Under the pieces are notes generated by a model. The model searched no databases. It was not told the origin of the DNA and saw only the letters and a program-made list of their open reading frames with translations. From Antedon mediterranea (taxonomy: Eukaryota > Animalia > Echinodermata), in the NCBI RefSeq assembly GCF_964355755.1, contig NC_092672.1:19419237-19483236 (forward strand): a DNA stretch of 64,000 nucleotides, written 5' to 3'. Position 1 is the first letter of the stretch, and every line of letters starts with the position of its first letter. A program made the position numbers and the translations under genes. Shown here one piece after another: positions 40,140 to 54,097 of this stretch.

Positions 40140-40540
40140 GGCAATAGCTGCAAGCAGAGCTCGACAACTTTCCATCTTATCAGCGTCATTGACAAATCCT
40201 GAAGGGTTTTAAGAGAGATAGCTTTGATGCAAATATTTGTGTTCATCGTGTAGGTCACTCTGTATGTATCAATAGGTTAATTGAGCTTAGGATTTGGTCG
40301 TCAATGGCACATCATGAATACTCAATTTGCGGGAGTGGTCTCTGATACATACCAATTAACTGTGGAGTACCTCATGGTAGCCTACTTTAATAGCACCCAC
40401 CCTTTTCCTGGTGTTATTCAATGATGTACTCATTGTGTGTTGTGGAGGTTACAGTTACTTAAACAAGTGGTGCAATGTAACTGATAATATGACACTGAAA
40501 CTATCTAAATGTAAGGTGATGTCGTTACAACTATTAAGAT
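40140..40540 (+). mobile_element. Highly decayed LINE RT fragment
   Basis: GVPHGS and PTLFLVLFND remnants near 40364-40425, in broken frames. Confidence 0.4.
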
Positions 40541-42706
40541 GTTATTAAATTTGAAGTAAAAATAATTCAGTATTAAAGGTGTTGAAAATAATTATTCGAT
40601 ATTGTTATTCATAATAATTTAAAATGTGATACGAATACTGAGGAGATTGTTTCAAGAGATCTGTGTTTGAAAATGATATATTGATAGATCTATTTATTGA
40701 ACAAACAGTAGGCCTAATTAAAAAAAAAGATGTGTGGGAATAGTATGTAGTTGAAACCGAAACACGACATAAACGCCCTGGTACAATATTGTGTGTATGC
40801 ATTTGGCGGAGCGTTATTTGAGGGAAAATGCCCCGGGGCATTTATTATTTGAGGAGGTGGAAGTGTGGGCGTTTATTTCAAATGATGTTTAATGAAGGGG
40901 ACGCGGCGCGTCATTCAAAGCGGGGCGTTTATTCGAATAAATACGGTAGGTTATTAGTTTTAATAAGTCAATCACTTCCGTAAAAAAACGACAAATGACA
41001 AAATAAAATGGTTAAATTCTCTCAAAAACCCATTTACTTGTAGCAATTTGACTCTTTTTAAAATTACAGTTTTTCAGGTAAATTCAATTTTTGTCAAAGT
41101 GGATAACTATGAATGTGACATTAAAATGGCATCTGTAATTAACGTGGCCAAAATTACATTTCGATGATTATGTTGACACCTTAAATAATGAACAAAATAT
41201 ATATTGCGATATTATTTTGATTAAAAAATCAGGATTAGGATATGACATTAAACAAAATTTAAAAAAAACGTTATCACCACTTAATACGAAACGATCTGGG
41301 AAGACAACTTTAGCTTATGGTTATAAAAGATATCTCTGATTATTTGATGATAAATAGATGTATGAATTATTTGATCACAGTCATTCCAAATTACATCTCT
41401 CTTACGTCTTTTAGTTAATAGATTATAATGATTAAGACATGGTTTGTTCTTCGAGGCCTAAAAGGCTGTCGATTGCTTGATGATCGATTGATGAATAGGG
41501 TCACATCCCTACCATAGGCCTAGGTCTGCAATATTTATTACACAATAGTATATCCTGACTTGCAATGATCTCAACCATGATCCTGTTTTAGAATGATTTT
41601 TTGTTGTTGAAAGTAGATAAATTCGTATTATTAGGCCTACTTTTTAAATTTATTAACATCACGTCATTTCAGTAATTTCCCAGGGACGTCTTCTTAAAAG
41701 ATTCCAGGTCATCTCTTTAGACTTAGACCAAAGAATATATATCACTGGATGAGTATTCCGCGATTTTTGCATGAGAAATTTGTAACAGAGAGCTCCAGAG
41801 AGAGTGATGCCCGCCCTAATAAGTGCGGATGTATACATACTAAATAAGACTTGATTAATAGATATTATACATGTCACATTATATAGAATTATGATAATAT
41901 ATTTTGCAATTGTAAACTATTTTATAATACATATTTATTAACAAACTAGTGTACATTCACTTTTACAGACAATTATTTACTAACATGCTAAATTAGTTCA
42001 CAAAAAAGGCCTAACACAGCAATAGGTGGTGAAACCGTCACAAAAAGTTGTATACATCCCAGATACATCCTCACTCATGGCGGCGCCCTACCTACCTACA
42101 TGGACAAGGAAAATCGCGGATTACTCATTCTTGTGAGTCGTCGACAGAGGTCGCACACGTGTGTGTACTACCATGGAGTAAAGAATAGGGGTACTACATG
42201 TGGTGGCACAAAAAAGTTTTCAGGAATCATGACTGTTAGTGTTGACATATTTTGAACTTTAGTTCCCGGTAATATTTTACATATTTTATGGTAAAGTTAA
42301 GCTATCAGTGACTTTTGTAAAGGATAACAATAGGCCATTCCAACAATACAGGTGCCTAAGCCTACTAATAATAAGACAAGAATGATTTTAGCCTTAGGCT
42401 ACTATAGTAAGCTGTGTAGTAAGTACTGTATGTAGGCTAAAGTTAAGTTCCCGATCCGGCCTCACTATGGCCTAGCTAGCTGAGATTTAGGTACCTGTCT
42501 TTCTTACTGTAACAGCAGTCTATCACAGCTTTTCCGACTGGCGAGGTATGCAAGACTTGATAATTTTAAGATTGAATGCCTACAACTTAAAGCAATAAAT
42601 CTTGGTAGCAAAAATGATACTGTACATTAGTTACTATACAGTGAGTGCCGCAATTGTTTTGAAGTAATTAACCACTGATGGAAGGTATCCCATCCTAGTC
42701 CCATTG

Positions 42707-45467
42707 CAGGGCCGTAGCCAGGATCTGTCAAGGGGGGGTTCGAACACTAAATATTTTGGTCAACCCCGCCCCTCCCCCTGGGGGTGGGGCCTGATGCGAA
42801 GCGAATTTTGTTAAATGACACCCCTAGATGGCCGGAAAAGACACTCTCGTGCAGCATGCTACCAATGAGCAAAAAGATCGTACTTTCGGCCCTAAACCGT
42901 CTCGGCCAAAGTCAAGTCGGCCCCACGTCAAGTCGGCCCCAAGTCAAGTCGGCCTCAAGTCAAGTCGGCCTCAAGTCAATTCGGCCTCAAGTCAATTCGG
43001 CCTCACGTCAACTCGGCCTCAAGTCAACTCGGCCTAAAGTCAACTCGGCCAAAAACTAATCCGTCAACTCGGCCTTTAAAAAGTATGGAACGCAAAAAGT
43101 GCTAATATAGTAGTTCATTTATTACAATGGCAGGACGGTTAGGCCTACATAATAGACGAAATAAAACGGAAATTTCAATGTAAATTATAACACACTGGCT
43201 GATCGTTTTTCGTTTAATTGATAGGTAATTTTTATTTATATTGTTGGTTGGTTTGTCTCAGTAAGAACCCTCAGTAATGTGTTTGTTAGATCTATTTTGA
43301 GGATGTTCCCAGAAATAATCGCAAATATTCTTAGAAGGCCTATATATTATATAGATATTATTAGATTAATACAGTAAAATAAAAATGGTTTTTTTTTTGT
43401 ATATATTTTCTCTCAAATTATTAGCAATATGTCACGGTCAAAGTGAATAACTATATGTGACATTAAAATGGTATATTACAGCAACAAAATCTTTTCACAC
43501 ATTTATTGACGATGTCAATCAAACTACCGAAGAGATTATGGAAACAAATTCGGAATGTTCTGTCATGTTAAATTTCTATTGCAATTGTGCGCTATTCAAA
43601 TTGTTTTTATTACTTTTGTGATTTGATTATAATGAAGAATCCAATGAATACATTTATGGGAAATTAATCTAAAACACACTAAGAAATCATCATGAATAAA
43701 TGGTGTTTTTTTATTTTGTCAAGCATAAAAAATAATCTAAAACACACTGAAGAAATCATCATGAAAAAATGGCGTATTTTTATTTTGTCAAGCAAAAACT
43801 AAAACATATTGTTTGAGTCCAAAACAACGGAATTCCTAAACAACATAATATTGCCTTTGCATTCTCTTCTGTTTTTAAACACCCACCGCGCCCTGTATTG
43901 TTCAATAAAATTGATCACCTAAAGGGGCATTCCGCCGTTTTTTCAACGTGACGCGCGCCCGTTCACCGTTGCGTTTTAAACATTCACACCTGTTCCGTTT
44001 TGTGACGTGACGTTAAAATAGCAGCCGTTTCTGGATGATTATCGGATGATAGTGAGGAAGAAATTATTCTTTTTAGTTTAATTAAAGATGATATTACAAA
44101 ACGGGACAAGATTCCCGATGATAGTATAACAACACACACCATGACAAATTCCATGAATCCATAATTAAATACAATAAAATCACAATCACATCTCTATGGA
44201 CTGTTATGGAAGCAAATTTCTCTCTTCCCATGGTGTACTGTATTAATTATGAATAATTATGAAGTACTAAACGAAATGAAAATAAAATCATATATAATCA
44301 TTTATATTGAATTTTCCGTTGTATTTCGTCTATTATGGCATAACCGTACTATATCCTGCCATTATAATATTAACTACTATATTAGCACTTTTTGCGTTTC
44401 ATAGTTTTTAGAGGCCGAGTTGACGGATTAGTTTTTGGCCGAGTTGACTTGAGGCCGAGTTGACGTGGGGCCGAGTTGATGTGGGGCCGAGGTGACGTGG
44501 GGCCGAGTTGACGTGGGGCCGACTTGACTTTGGCCGAGACGGTTGAGGGCCGAGTTGGATCGAAACCTGTTTTTCCTCCTTCTCAAACACGTCGATAATT
44601 TAAAGGACGATAACTATTTGTTGCCGTATGTTAGATGCGCGTGCTCTGTGCGGAACCGCCGATTGTTTGATCATTTACTCCGTATTTTGTTTTGCGTTCA
44701 AGTTCAATGCGAACGTACATCTAGGAGCAGCCCCGAAAAAAGCACACTGGTTGAAGGCAAATGCTATTTGCTAGCTCTATCTATAATATTTATTTACAGC
44801 AATTTGTTGAGGAATATAAATATTTAAATAGGTGATATTGATACATTTTAGTACGTATCGGCTGGTGGTCTAGAAAAAAATAATCGGATGCCATAATGTG
44901 AACTACAGTACTTGATACCATAGATATTATAGTGTAAAATATTAATAGTCACTATCATCCTCTATGATACATTATACTTCATAGTCACACATAAATAATG
45001 ATGTAGGTCGGAAGGCTATATACTTTATGCATGCTGCCTGACTGCCAGTGATCTAAACAATTATAGGTACGCAGTTGTCTGGCGGTGTCCTTTGTACGAA
45101 TCGTTCGTGCCCCAGTTCGCTATGAGACGCGTCAATATCATGTTACATGCAGGGACCAAACATTTATTTTTCAGATTAAAATCGGCAATTCATTTGCAGC
45201 TTTTAGAAATTTAGGCCTACAGACACGTATCGCTAGTTGACCCTCATACAGAGAAGAAGGTTCACGAACAAGTTTACGAATTTTTCAATTTACAAACAAC
45301 TTTTTGTACTGTGGGGCACGTATTTGGAGGATTTTTGGAGATGAGGGTGAGGTATTGGGCATGTCGGGGATGGGGGTTCGCAGTCTGTAAAGGGGGGGGG
45401 GGGGGGGGGGTTCGCTGTAAAGGGGGGTTTGCCCGAACCATAAAAACCCCCCCTGGCTACGGGCCTG
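42707..45467. mobile_element. Non-autonomous hAT-like element with a 5-bp target duplication, carrying a nested insertion
   Basis: TIRs CAGGGCCGTAGCCAGG / CCTGGCTACGGGCCTG, with CATTG on both flanks; a related decayed copy lies on the minus strand at about 50530-51047. Confidence 0.75.
42887..44568. mobile_element. Foldback/MULE-like element with about 300-bp TIRs containing 16-bp subrepeats
   Basis: (TCAAGTCAACTCGGCC)n at 42900-43075 is mirrored at 44410-44560; further inverted similarity extends inward; left terminus is clipped. Confidence 0.85.
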
Positions 45468-45499
45468 CATTGCCTATGTTATTTTATGTTAAAAGTTTT

Positions 45500-45716
45500 A
45501 AAACATGAAACCAGGTCATTCCGTGTCTTAAATGTACGTTTTATGGTAATATGATAAAAAGAAAAAAAAACAATGCACTACTAAATTGATTAGAATCGAT
45601 TATTTTTCACATTTTTAACCATTTAAAGCCAAAACAAGTTATCGCAATAGGATAAGATGAATGTAATTTGTGACCTTCTTAAATTAAATCTAAAAAACGT
45701 AGGGAATGGGACTTTA
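45500..45716. mobile_element. Deleted copy of the Kolobok-like element
   Basis: Matches parts of 26003-26546 and 63070-63637. Confidence 0.75.
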
Positions 45717-46736
45717 GACAGACTTCCCCCATGATTGTATACTCCTTAAGTGGTGGTAAATATGCAACAGTATTCATAAAATGGTTTTGCAAAATGAGGA
45801 CCAGTGAAAATACCACTACACCATGACATTTATATTAACTAAAAAGATTACTAAAAGTATTACAGTTACCTCTGACTTAATTAAAGTCTTCAGTCCATGT
45901 TGATCAGATTTTTGTAGATTTTGTATTTAGGTATGACCCACTATACGACAAGATTACATGGTTTTGTAAATATTTTGTTCTCTAATTTTTTTAATTCCAC
46001 AATTTTTCCAGTCATCATCTTAATTTTGTAAAGCTCGGTTTAATACCTATAGCAGAGCATCATTTTTTACATTTTTTTCTTGAAGGTATTTTTATCATGA
46101 ACACATTCTCTACGTTACCAAACTGTTCCAAGCCAAACACACACCATTATTTTAACAAACGACTGACACATAAAGTCTATGAGCGTAGTCAGCCTAGACG
46201 AGTACTAAGTCTTACCATTTGCCTCTTTTTTCATTTAAGGTAAAGATTAATAAGATAATAAATTAGTAACTTCTATCATAATTAATTATGGAAAACTACA
46301 GGGATATTGTAAATTAGAAATGTGAAGTATGAATATATCCACTGTGATGTAACACATACACATCTATCAGACACACACTGCAGAATAAGAGTAATTTTCA
46401 GAATAACAATTAATTAATAGTTCTAGATAGTCTTTCTCCTTTTTTGCTGAAGTAGGGAAGGCCATTGCCCCTGTATCCCCCTCTTTTGATCCTGCATTTG
46501 CCCTCATGGTTTTTGAAGATTAAAAAAACCTTTAAAAACCTGTTGAAATACTGGCTGTTCTATTTAACTCAGTTCAACCTTGTTTTAACAATAGTCAATC
46601 TTTCAATTCATGATATTTTCTCACTACAACTCTAACATTCATTATTTGCATACAAATAAATTGCATTAGTGCCAAGCCATAATAACATCAATTTCCATAG
46701 ACAGCTGCCAATACTGTAAACTATTTTATTTTGCAG

Positions 46737-46862
46737 GTTCCTAACTGGGCAGCAGTGCCTCTTGTGGTTGTTACCTTGCCACAAAGGGCAGAAACAGGAA
46801 AGCATTGAAGAAGACTGCTCATAAAAGTGCGCCAAACAGGAAATGTCAGACAACATAGTATG
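46737..46862 (+). other. Possible 5'-UTR exon of gene C
   Basis: Strong ttttgcag acceptor and atg|gtatgt donor around a less AT-rich block; no transcript evidence. Confidence 0.35.
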
Positions 46863-47650
46863 GTATGTTTTTGCTATAGGCCTACAGTATAGCAATGATT
46901 TTCTATTGAAACTTGTTTAAATGGTACTTGTATGATTGATATTATGTCTATTAAGTTTCCATATACTACACTTAACAACAACTTGTGTTTTGTATTACAA
47001 TTCCAAAGGAAATCATGTATAGGAGTTTTGTAAATGAATTGTAAGAATTCTAAAGTGAAATTCAATAGAATACATGTGTATTGTGCTTCTATATTTAATA
47101 AGTGCACAGACCGTGGACACGTTTTTGTGATATCAAAGTTAGGTACTATTCATTGTGAATACTATAATATAAATATACTCTAAAGAGTAGACAGTTGGTG
47201 CTATGAATTGATTGATTTCAGACAACTAGAAAGTCAGTCCAGTTATTGTGAATTACCAGCTTATTCCAGTTTAGCCAATAATATGTAAGTTTGCAATGTA
47301 GATGTTATGTAAGTACAGTAAGAAATACAGTATATTGCTGGTTTTTTAGATCAATTTTATAAATTTGATAAATATTAGTTTATAATTTTGATTATTAAGA
47401 GTAAGAGTTTTAAGGAAGAAGGAAGCTGAAATAAGCTGGTTGAGAATTGAAATGTTTGGATACAAGAGAAGAAAATTAAATGGGTTGTTACAACAGGATA
47501 TGTCGTTTTTTTGTCACCAGTATGTAGATTTAGGAAGACACTTTAATATAGTCTAACTCTATTTCCTTTAACATAACATGTTTGATAGCCTGATAAGTTT
47601 AGTAGACTTGCAAAGAGTGGCCTACTGTATCTTTTAAGCTGCTTGGTCAG

Positions 47651-48110
47651 TTCTGTAGGTCTGTCAGTCTTTTAAACATGTAACAGGTTAGATCTGATAT
47701 ACCAATTGATTTCTGTAGGTCTGTCAGTCTTTTAAACATGTAACAGGTTAGAGCTGATATACCAATTGATTCCTGTAGGTCTGTCAGTTTTTTAAACATG
47801 TAACAGGTTAGATCTGATACCAATTGATTTCTGTAGGTCTGTCAGTCTTTTAAACATGTAACAGGTTATATCTGATATACCAATTGATTCCTGTAGGTCT
47901 GTCAGTCTTTTAAACATGTAACAGGTTAGATCTGATATACCAATTGATTTCTGTAGGTCCGTCAGTCTTTTTTTATTATGATAACAGGTTAGATCTGATA
48001 TACCAACAGATCTACAGAAATCAATTGGTATATTAGATCTAATGTGTTAAATGTTTAAAATACTAAAAGACCTACAGAAATCAATTAATGTACTAGATCT
48101 AATGTGTTAA
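47651..48110. repeat. 60-bp tandem repeat (about 6 copies) followed by inverted diverged copies
   Basis: Unit TTCTGTAGGTCTGTCAGTCTTTTAAACATGTAACAGGTTAGATCTGATATACCAATTGAT; reverse-complement units from about 48012. Confidence 0.9.
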
Positions 48111-49632
48111 GTGTTTTATTATTTTTTCTGTCTAAACTTGCAGTCCTCTAGTTACCATACTGAGAATTTTCCTCAAGTAGTAATTAAATTAAAATACTTG
48201 TTATTTTTTTGGCTAAAATAGCAATTATTTGCTAATAAAAACTGGGCTAAACTTGTTTCCCTTTAATACTTTTTAGGGGTTTTATAGAAATTTAATAACA
48301 GAATTCTAAAGGAAATTCCACAGAGTATTGTGAATTGTAAAAGTGCATAGACCATGCAAAAGTTGTTGTGATATCATAGCTAAAGTCAATAAGCATATTA
48401 TGTGAATGAACACTAAATATGAAAATAGACTGTAAGGAGTGGTAGGCAGTTGGTGCTACAAATTGGTTGAATTTTGAGTTATCAAGATTTCTAGTCCAAG
48501 TTGAGTCCATAATTTGTCAGTTTGCACTGTAGTTCATATTAAAGCAAGAAATACTACCCTAACTATTATCAGATTAATTTATTTACAAATCTGATTTGTA
48601 ATTTACAGTGTAGTATGGAAGGCTGCAATGAGTAGGTTTGAAAATAAACACTGAAATACTGGATTTGGATCAGAGTGCAAACCATTTTTGTAAATGTAAA
48701 TATTACACAATTGTGGGATGGTGTATGGGAGGGGCATGTGCTTTCACCCCTAATTAGGAATGTCAGAGCCTACAATCTGGGCAATCCCTAGGCTTTATTG
48801 TTTTTTTATCCAGTCATTATGCATACAGATTTACAAAGCCAATTAATTGGACAGAAAAATATGAGTCAAATGTAAAATTGTCATATTAAACATTTTTTTG
48901 AACGGCAACAGATTCTATGTAAAAGATGCCGAGATTGAATTCATTTTCTTAATTTATCTAATTTGTTTTTCTCTTTTGTTGGGGCAGCCCCCCTTTTATT
49001 GCACATATTATGATAAACAATATGATAAAAGTTATATCTATCTATCAATGGATATTTATGTTATACATTTTTTACTGCACTTTTAAATTTTGGCCTATAG
49101 GCCTATAACACACACAAATTCCTATTAGGGAGTGCATTAATTGTCTCTTTTATCATAATTAACCTTAAAATGCACATTTAATGTTTTTAAAGTTATATAT
49201 ATGCATTATTTTTACAAAACGTCAACAATTGCAGATCTAGTGTCTTTGACCAATATTAAAACCGATGTTGTAATTTAATGAATTAAGTCATAGATTGTAT
49301 ACCTTCCAAAACTCCTAAGTGTCAGAATCATTTTTTGTTAGGTCGTTTTCTGACTTAGTGTATTTATTATTATTATCAAGCAAAGTAAGAATGCAGTGGC
49401 ACACCCTCCGCATCTCATTCGTAACGATTCATACAAAGGACACCGCCATACAACCGCCCCTAGGCCTACCTATTGTTTAGCTGACAGTCAGTAAGCATAA
49501 ATAAAAGTGTATATACGTCAAAAATGGAACGCCTTGGTTACCTACAGATCATCATCATAGAGGATATGTTAATAATAATATAGTACACTAACTGTGGTAA
49601 CTGTGTACTGTAGTATACATTATAGCAACCTA

Positions 49633-50432
49633 TTTTTTTAGTCGCGTGGAAGCGACTCTATAGTTCACTAAGTCGGTCGGTCGGTCTGTCTGTCTGTCTG
49701 TCTGTCGGTCTGTCTGTCTGTCGGTCCGGTATCACTATGCGTTTTGTCGCTTTATGACCTTATCTTGATATCAGTTTAATCTAGCTAAGTCAATTTTTCA
49801 CAGAATATTCCTTATGGCCAGGAATCGATGTGGTTATGTTTTCACGGTGCGCAATAAAAAATTACGCGGTCTACGCACGATTTAACGAAATCACGTTTGT
49901 AATCATATCTTAACAACCATGAATCACAATTAAATAAAATTTGGTACTCATAAATTTCAGGGCATAAATCATCATATGGCAATACAATTACGTGCGTAGC
50001 GCATGTAACGCATGCGTACGCGCGCTTAAAATTTTCAAAATTTATTTTCGATGAAATAAGAGTACGTTTCAGGCAATTTTAAGCGTTTACAAAATTGCCA
50101 TGAGTGCGCAGATTTTTGCGCGCGCACTGCGCGTTAAATGTTATTGCGCACACTTTTTGCCCGATTTCTGTTTTCTTGACTTAATTTTCAACTCGAAATT
50201 ACGTTATACGAGCACGTCAAATGTGACAGGCTACGCACGTGTAAATTAAAAAAATATAAATGTTTTTAAACATTTCAACATTTTTAAACATGTTCAGTAA
50301 TTTCGGTCAGTATAGTTCACTATGTCGGTCGGTCCGTCTGTCTGTCGGTCTGTCTGTCTGTCAGTCTGTTTGTCTGTCGGTCCGGTATCACTATGCATTG
50401 TAGCACGCGACTTAATGGCTGTTGGCCTTGTT
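49633..50432 (+). mobile_element. Helentron-associated DINE-1/HINE-like non-autonomous element
   Basis: T-run start, subterminal inverted repeat AGTCGCGTG / CACGCGACT, internal partial inverted repeat AGTCGC..GCGACT, GTCY microsatellites. Confidence 0.8.
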
Positions 50433-51993
50433 TCTAGACCACCCACCCAACTGTCAATACCTATTTATATTTATATATTTAATTTCTTCAACAAATTTAT
50501 GTAAATAAAATTATTGAGCTATAATAAGCATTAAATTTTGCGCTTTTTTCGGGGCTTCCCCTAGATGTACGTTCGCAATAAACTTGAACGCAACGCAATA
50601 AAAACTAAATACTGAGTGAATGAAATCGGCAACAAAATGTTATATCGTCCTGCAATTAGTCCTGTGTGTTTATTGGAGGGAAAAGTATGATCGTTTTGCT
50701 CATTGGTAGCATGCTACTGTACATATGAGAGTGTCTTTTCCTGAAAATTAGAGGTGCCATTTATCATGAATTTTATGTGCGAGAGTACCATTTCCAGCCA
50801 TCTTGGGCGTCATTTAACAAAGTTCGTTTTGCCATAGGTCCTGTCGATGGCCTTGGACAAGCACCTTGAAGCGCCCTGTTGTGACGCTTTTACTTTTAAT
50901 TGCTTTTAATAGGCCTATGGGGAAAATGTCACCATTTAGTAGGCTAGTACCTCAACCCATCCTCAACCAAGGTTGGGCTGAGTTGATGTGAATCTTTACA
51001 GTTGCGCCCCCTTCCCCTCTTTCACAAAGTCCTGGATCCTCCCCCTGGAATGCATTAATTTATTTATTAATAGTAAAAGCCAAAGTTGTTTTTTGAAATG
51101 CTTATTGTCTGATTCAGCAGCCAGTTATCTAATGTATACGTTTTAGTTTTACTTAATTGTTTACAGGTATAATAACCATGTTGACATACTGTATATCATT
51201 TATTTGAATAGGTACATACAGCACAACTTTGTTATAGTGTGTTTGTATTAATAATTCTAATGATCATTAGCTTTGATTTTGCCTGTGAACATTCAGTTGG
51301 TTAGATTTTGTCTTGTCTCTGATCATTAACTACTAATGCCTTGATTAATAATGGATTTATTCAATACCTAATTACATAGAGTTAGAAAATTACTGTTATC
51401 TTTTTTTTATTTTATAATTGCATTATATTTGGTTTTATAGTGCAACCTCTTTCAAGAGCGTTATTCAACTAACTAACCCTTGATCCTCACAGTGCCTCTC
51501 TGTATTAAACTACAAAATGATAAAATATCATCTCAAACCAATCTATTGAAAATGTAAAAACAAATCTGATAAACTCAACTAATGTTAAACTGATGATGCA
51601 ATTTCTTGACTTAAGTTGTAGATTGTATACCTTCCAAGCCATGTACTGTATGACAATGACATGATTTTAATCAAACATCTTTATTTTATTAATACTTTGT
51701 ATGAACCTCATCTTATTCAGTGTTCAAGTATTTTTAATAATTCCAAGTAAAAATACATTGTATTTTTACAAGACCTTAATCAGTCATTATTAGGGTTTAC
51801 CTGAGGTACCTTGATACACCTTGTTTGCTTTACCTAAAATGGTAATTCATGTTGGTTTGTAGTTCTAATCAACTATATGATAAAACAAGGACAACCTATG
51901 GTGTAAATTTTACAGAATATATTGAATTGCCCTGGTTATCAGATAAAAGTGTTGGTCTTTTGTACAACAATTTGCATTCAAGTATTAATATAG

Positions 51994-53596
51994 AACTAGA
52001 ATTTAATTCGTCACTTTGACGAATTATAGGTGATCATTTTTATCATTTTAATGAAATTAACATTTTTGAAACATGCATGTACCTTAACATACGATCGTAA
52101 AAAGTTGATGTACGCCATCCTATGACATGATGCATACGATTATAGTGCTGAGTTGTGCCTATTATATGCCATATACAATATGTACAGTATATACTGTATA
52201 TCTATATACAGTGTAGCATATGTGAAATTATGGGACACACATCAAGTTCTAATTTTTTGGTATGATGGAATTATCAAAATAAACTCGAAGATGACAATTT
52301 CGAAAGATAATGAATTGAGCAAATAAATATAAGGATTGGAAGAGAATTTGACACGTAGAAGCGCAATACGCGCTCTTTGAAATTTGTATAACTTCGACTA
52401 AAGAAATTTAAAAACTACTTTTTAACTTCAACTGGCCATATGATAACATCACAACATCCGATAGGCTTAATTTTTATATGAATTCATATCTACATTTCAT
52501 CAGCTTTCATAATTAATTATAATCTTCAAGGTCACCTTTAATTCTGAGGAGCTATAAGATATTCAAATGTATGGTGTAGCTGAAATTACACGACCTAGGT
52601 TATTCAAGTTTTTACGCGTGATGACGTCATCAAATAAAAATGTTGACAACTTACGAGAAAGATAATTAATTGAGCAAGCACATACTAAAATGTGTGCGAA
52701 AATCGGGATCAAATAACGGAGATGCGCTCTATTGAATGTGATAACCCACACAAAAGATAATAATTACTAATTTTTAAATTCAAGTGGCCATTTGATGACG
52801 TCATACCATTTTGTACGTCTAATAGTAATATGTATATATATTTATATCTACAACTTATTGGCTTCCATAATAAGTTAAAAAAATTGGGGGTCACCTGCCA
52901 TTCTGAAGAGTTATATTCATTTTAAAAAGGCCTTATTTTTTTACCATTTTTAGCACTTTTGTACAATTAATGTGGGGATTTTGTCATTTTTAACGTGCTC
53001 GTATAGCGTTATTTTAAGTCGGAATGGACTCAAAGTCGGAGAATGTACTAAGGATTGTGAGTAGAATATGATGTATACATCAAATTTAATTTTTTACCCT
53101 TTTTAAAAATCGCGTGCGCAAAAATGTGTTTTTGCGCAGTAATTTTTTTAAACACGCAAATGGCCTATTTCATGCTCTAAATTGATAAAAACTAAATGTT
53201 GAGCTTTTTAAAATTTCAACGCGCGTTTTCACGCGCATGACCTTGAAACGCCCAAGTTTTTATTTGCTAATATTTTTTACCTTGACCTCAAGTTTACGTG
53301 TAGTGATTTTCATTAATATGTGATAATGAATTATGGAGATATGATTGATAATGTGATTTCACAAAATGGCGTATACGTGACGTCACGGATGAGTGATCAC
53401 GCTGAAAAGCTTATTAGGACTAAGTTAACGTATTTGAAAGACATTGTGAAATTTTGGTAATCATTAACATTAAACTTTTTGAGATATTTGTTACACAAAA
53501 TCTGTACAGAGAGAAATAAATAATAAGAAAAAGAAGAATAAAGATTTCATACAATAACAATAGGTGATCATTTTATTCTAAATGATCACCTAAAAA
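51994..53596 (-). mobile_element. Second Helentron-like non-autonomous family
   Basis: Minus-strand 5' TTTTTAGGTGATCATTT...AAATGATCACCTA; 3' GATCACCTA plus hairpin AATTCGTCA-aag-TGACGAATT then CTAGTT. Confidence 0.7.
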
Positions 53597-54097
53597 GCAT
53601 TATATATTTTAGATTTGTTTGTATTTCAGCATTACCTACTTGTAGAGCTAGAATTAATATATTATTAATTGATAGAGGAGGCATTGGTTGAGGAAAGTGT
53701 TGATAGATGAGACATTGGATTTACTCAACATCATGTTCAGTACCTTTAGTCCTAGTACTGTATTTATATTGATTACTGTCAAAATTAGAGGAAGGGATAG
53801 TATTTAGGTTGAGTTTAAAGCCACAATCCGCAGATGATCCCAATGATTGCTTCATTCTTTGCCATTGTGATGAGCTGTCACACAAGTTTCTTTTTATCAT
53901 TAAGTATCTACCACTAGTATTCAAATAACTCATAATATTATCATCATGTTTTATGTCTGTGAAAAGAAGCTGTGTATTTATTAATGCAGTTTACTTTAAT
54001 ATAAAATATTTTTATTTGAATTGAAAAATTGTTTTTTTTTATAACTTAAACAAGCATTATACATTGTTTTTGTATTTTCTTTCAGTTTAGCAATACA

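Noticed and set aside
42784-43059. Ser/Arg/Pro-rich ORFs (also 44408-44590)
   Set aside because: Produced by the 16-bp subrepeats of a transposon TIR
44919-44966. Fifth P-like footprint (CATAGA...TCTATG)
   Set aside because: Flanks do not form a 7-8-bp duplication
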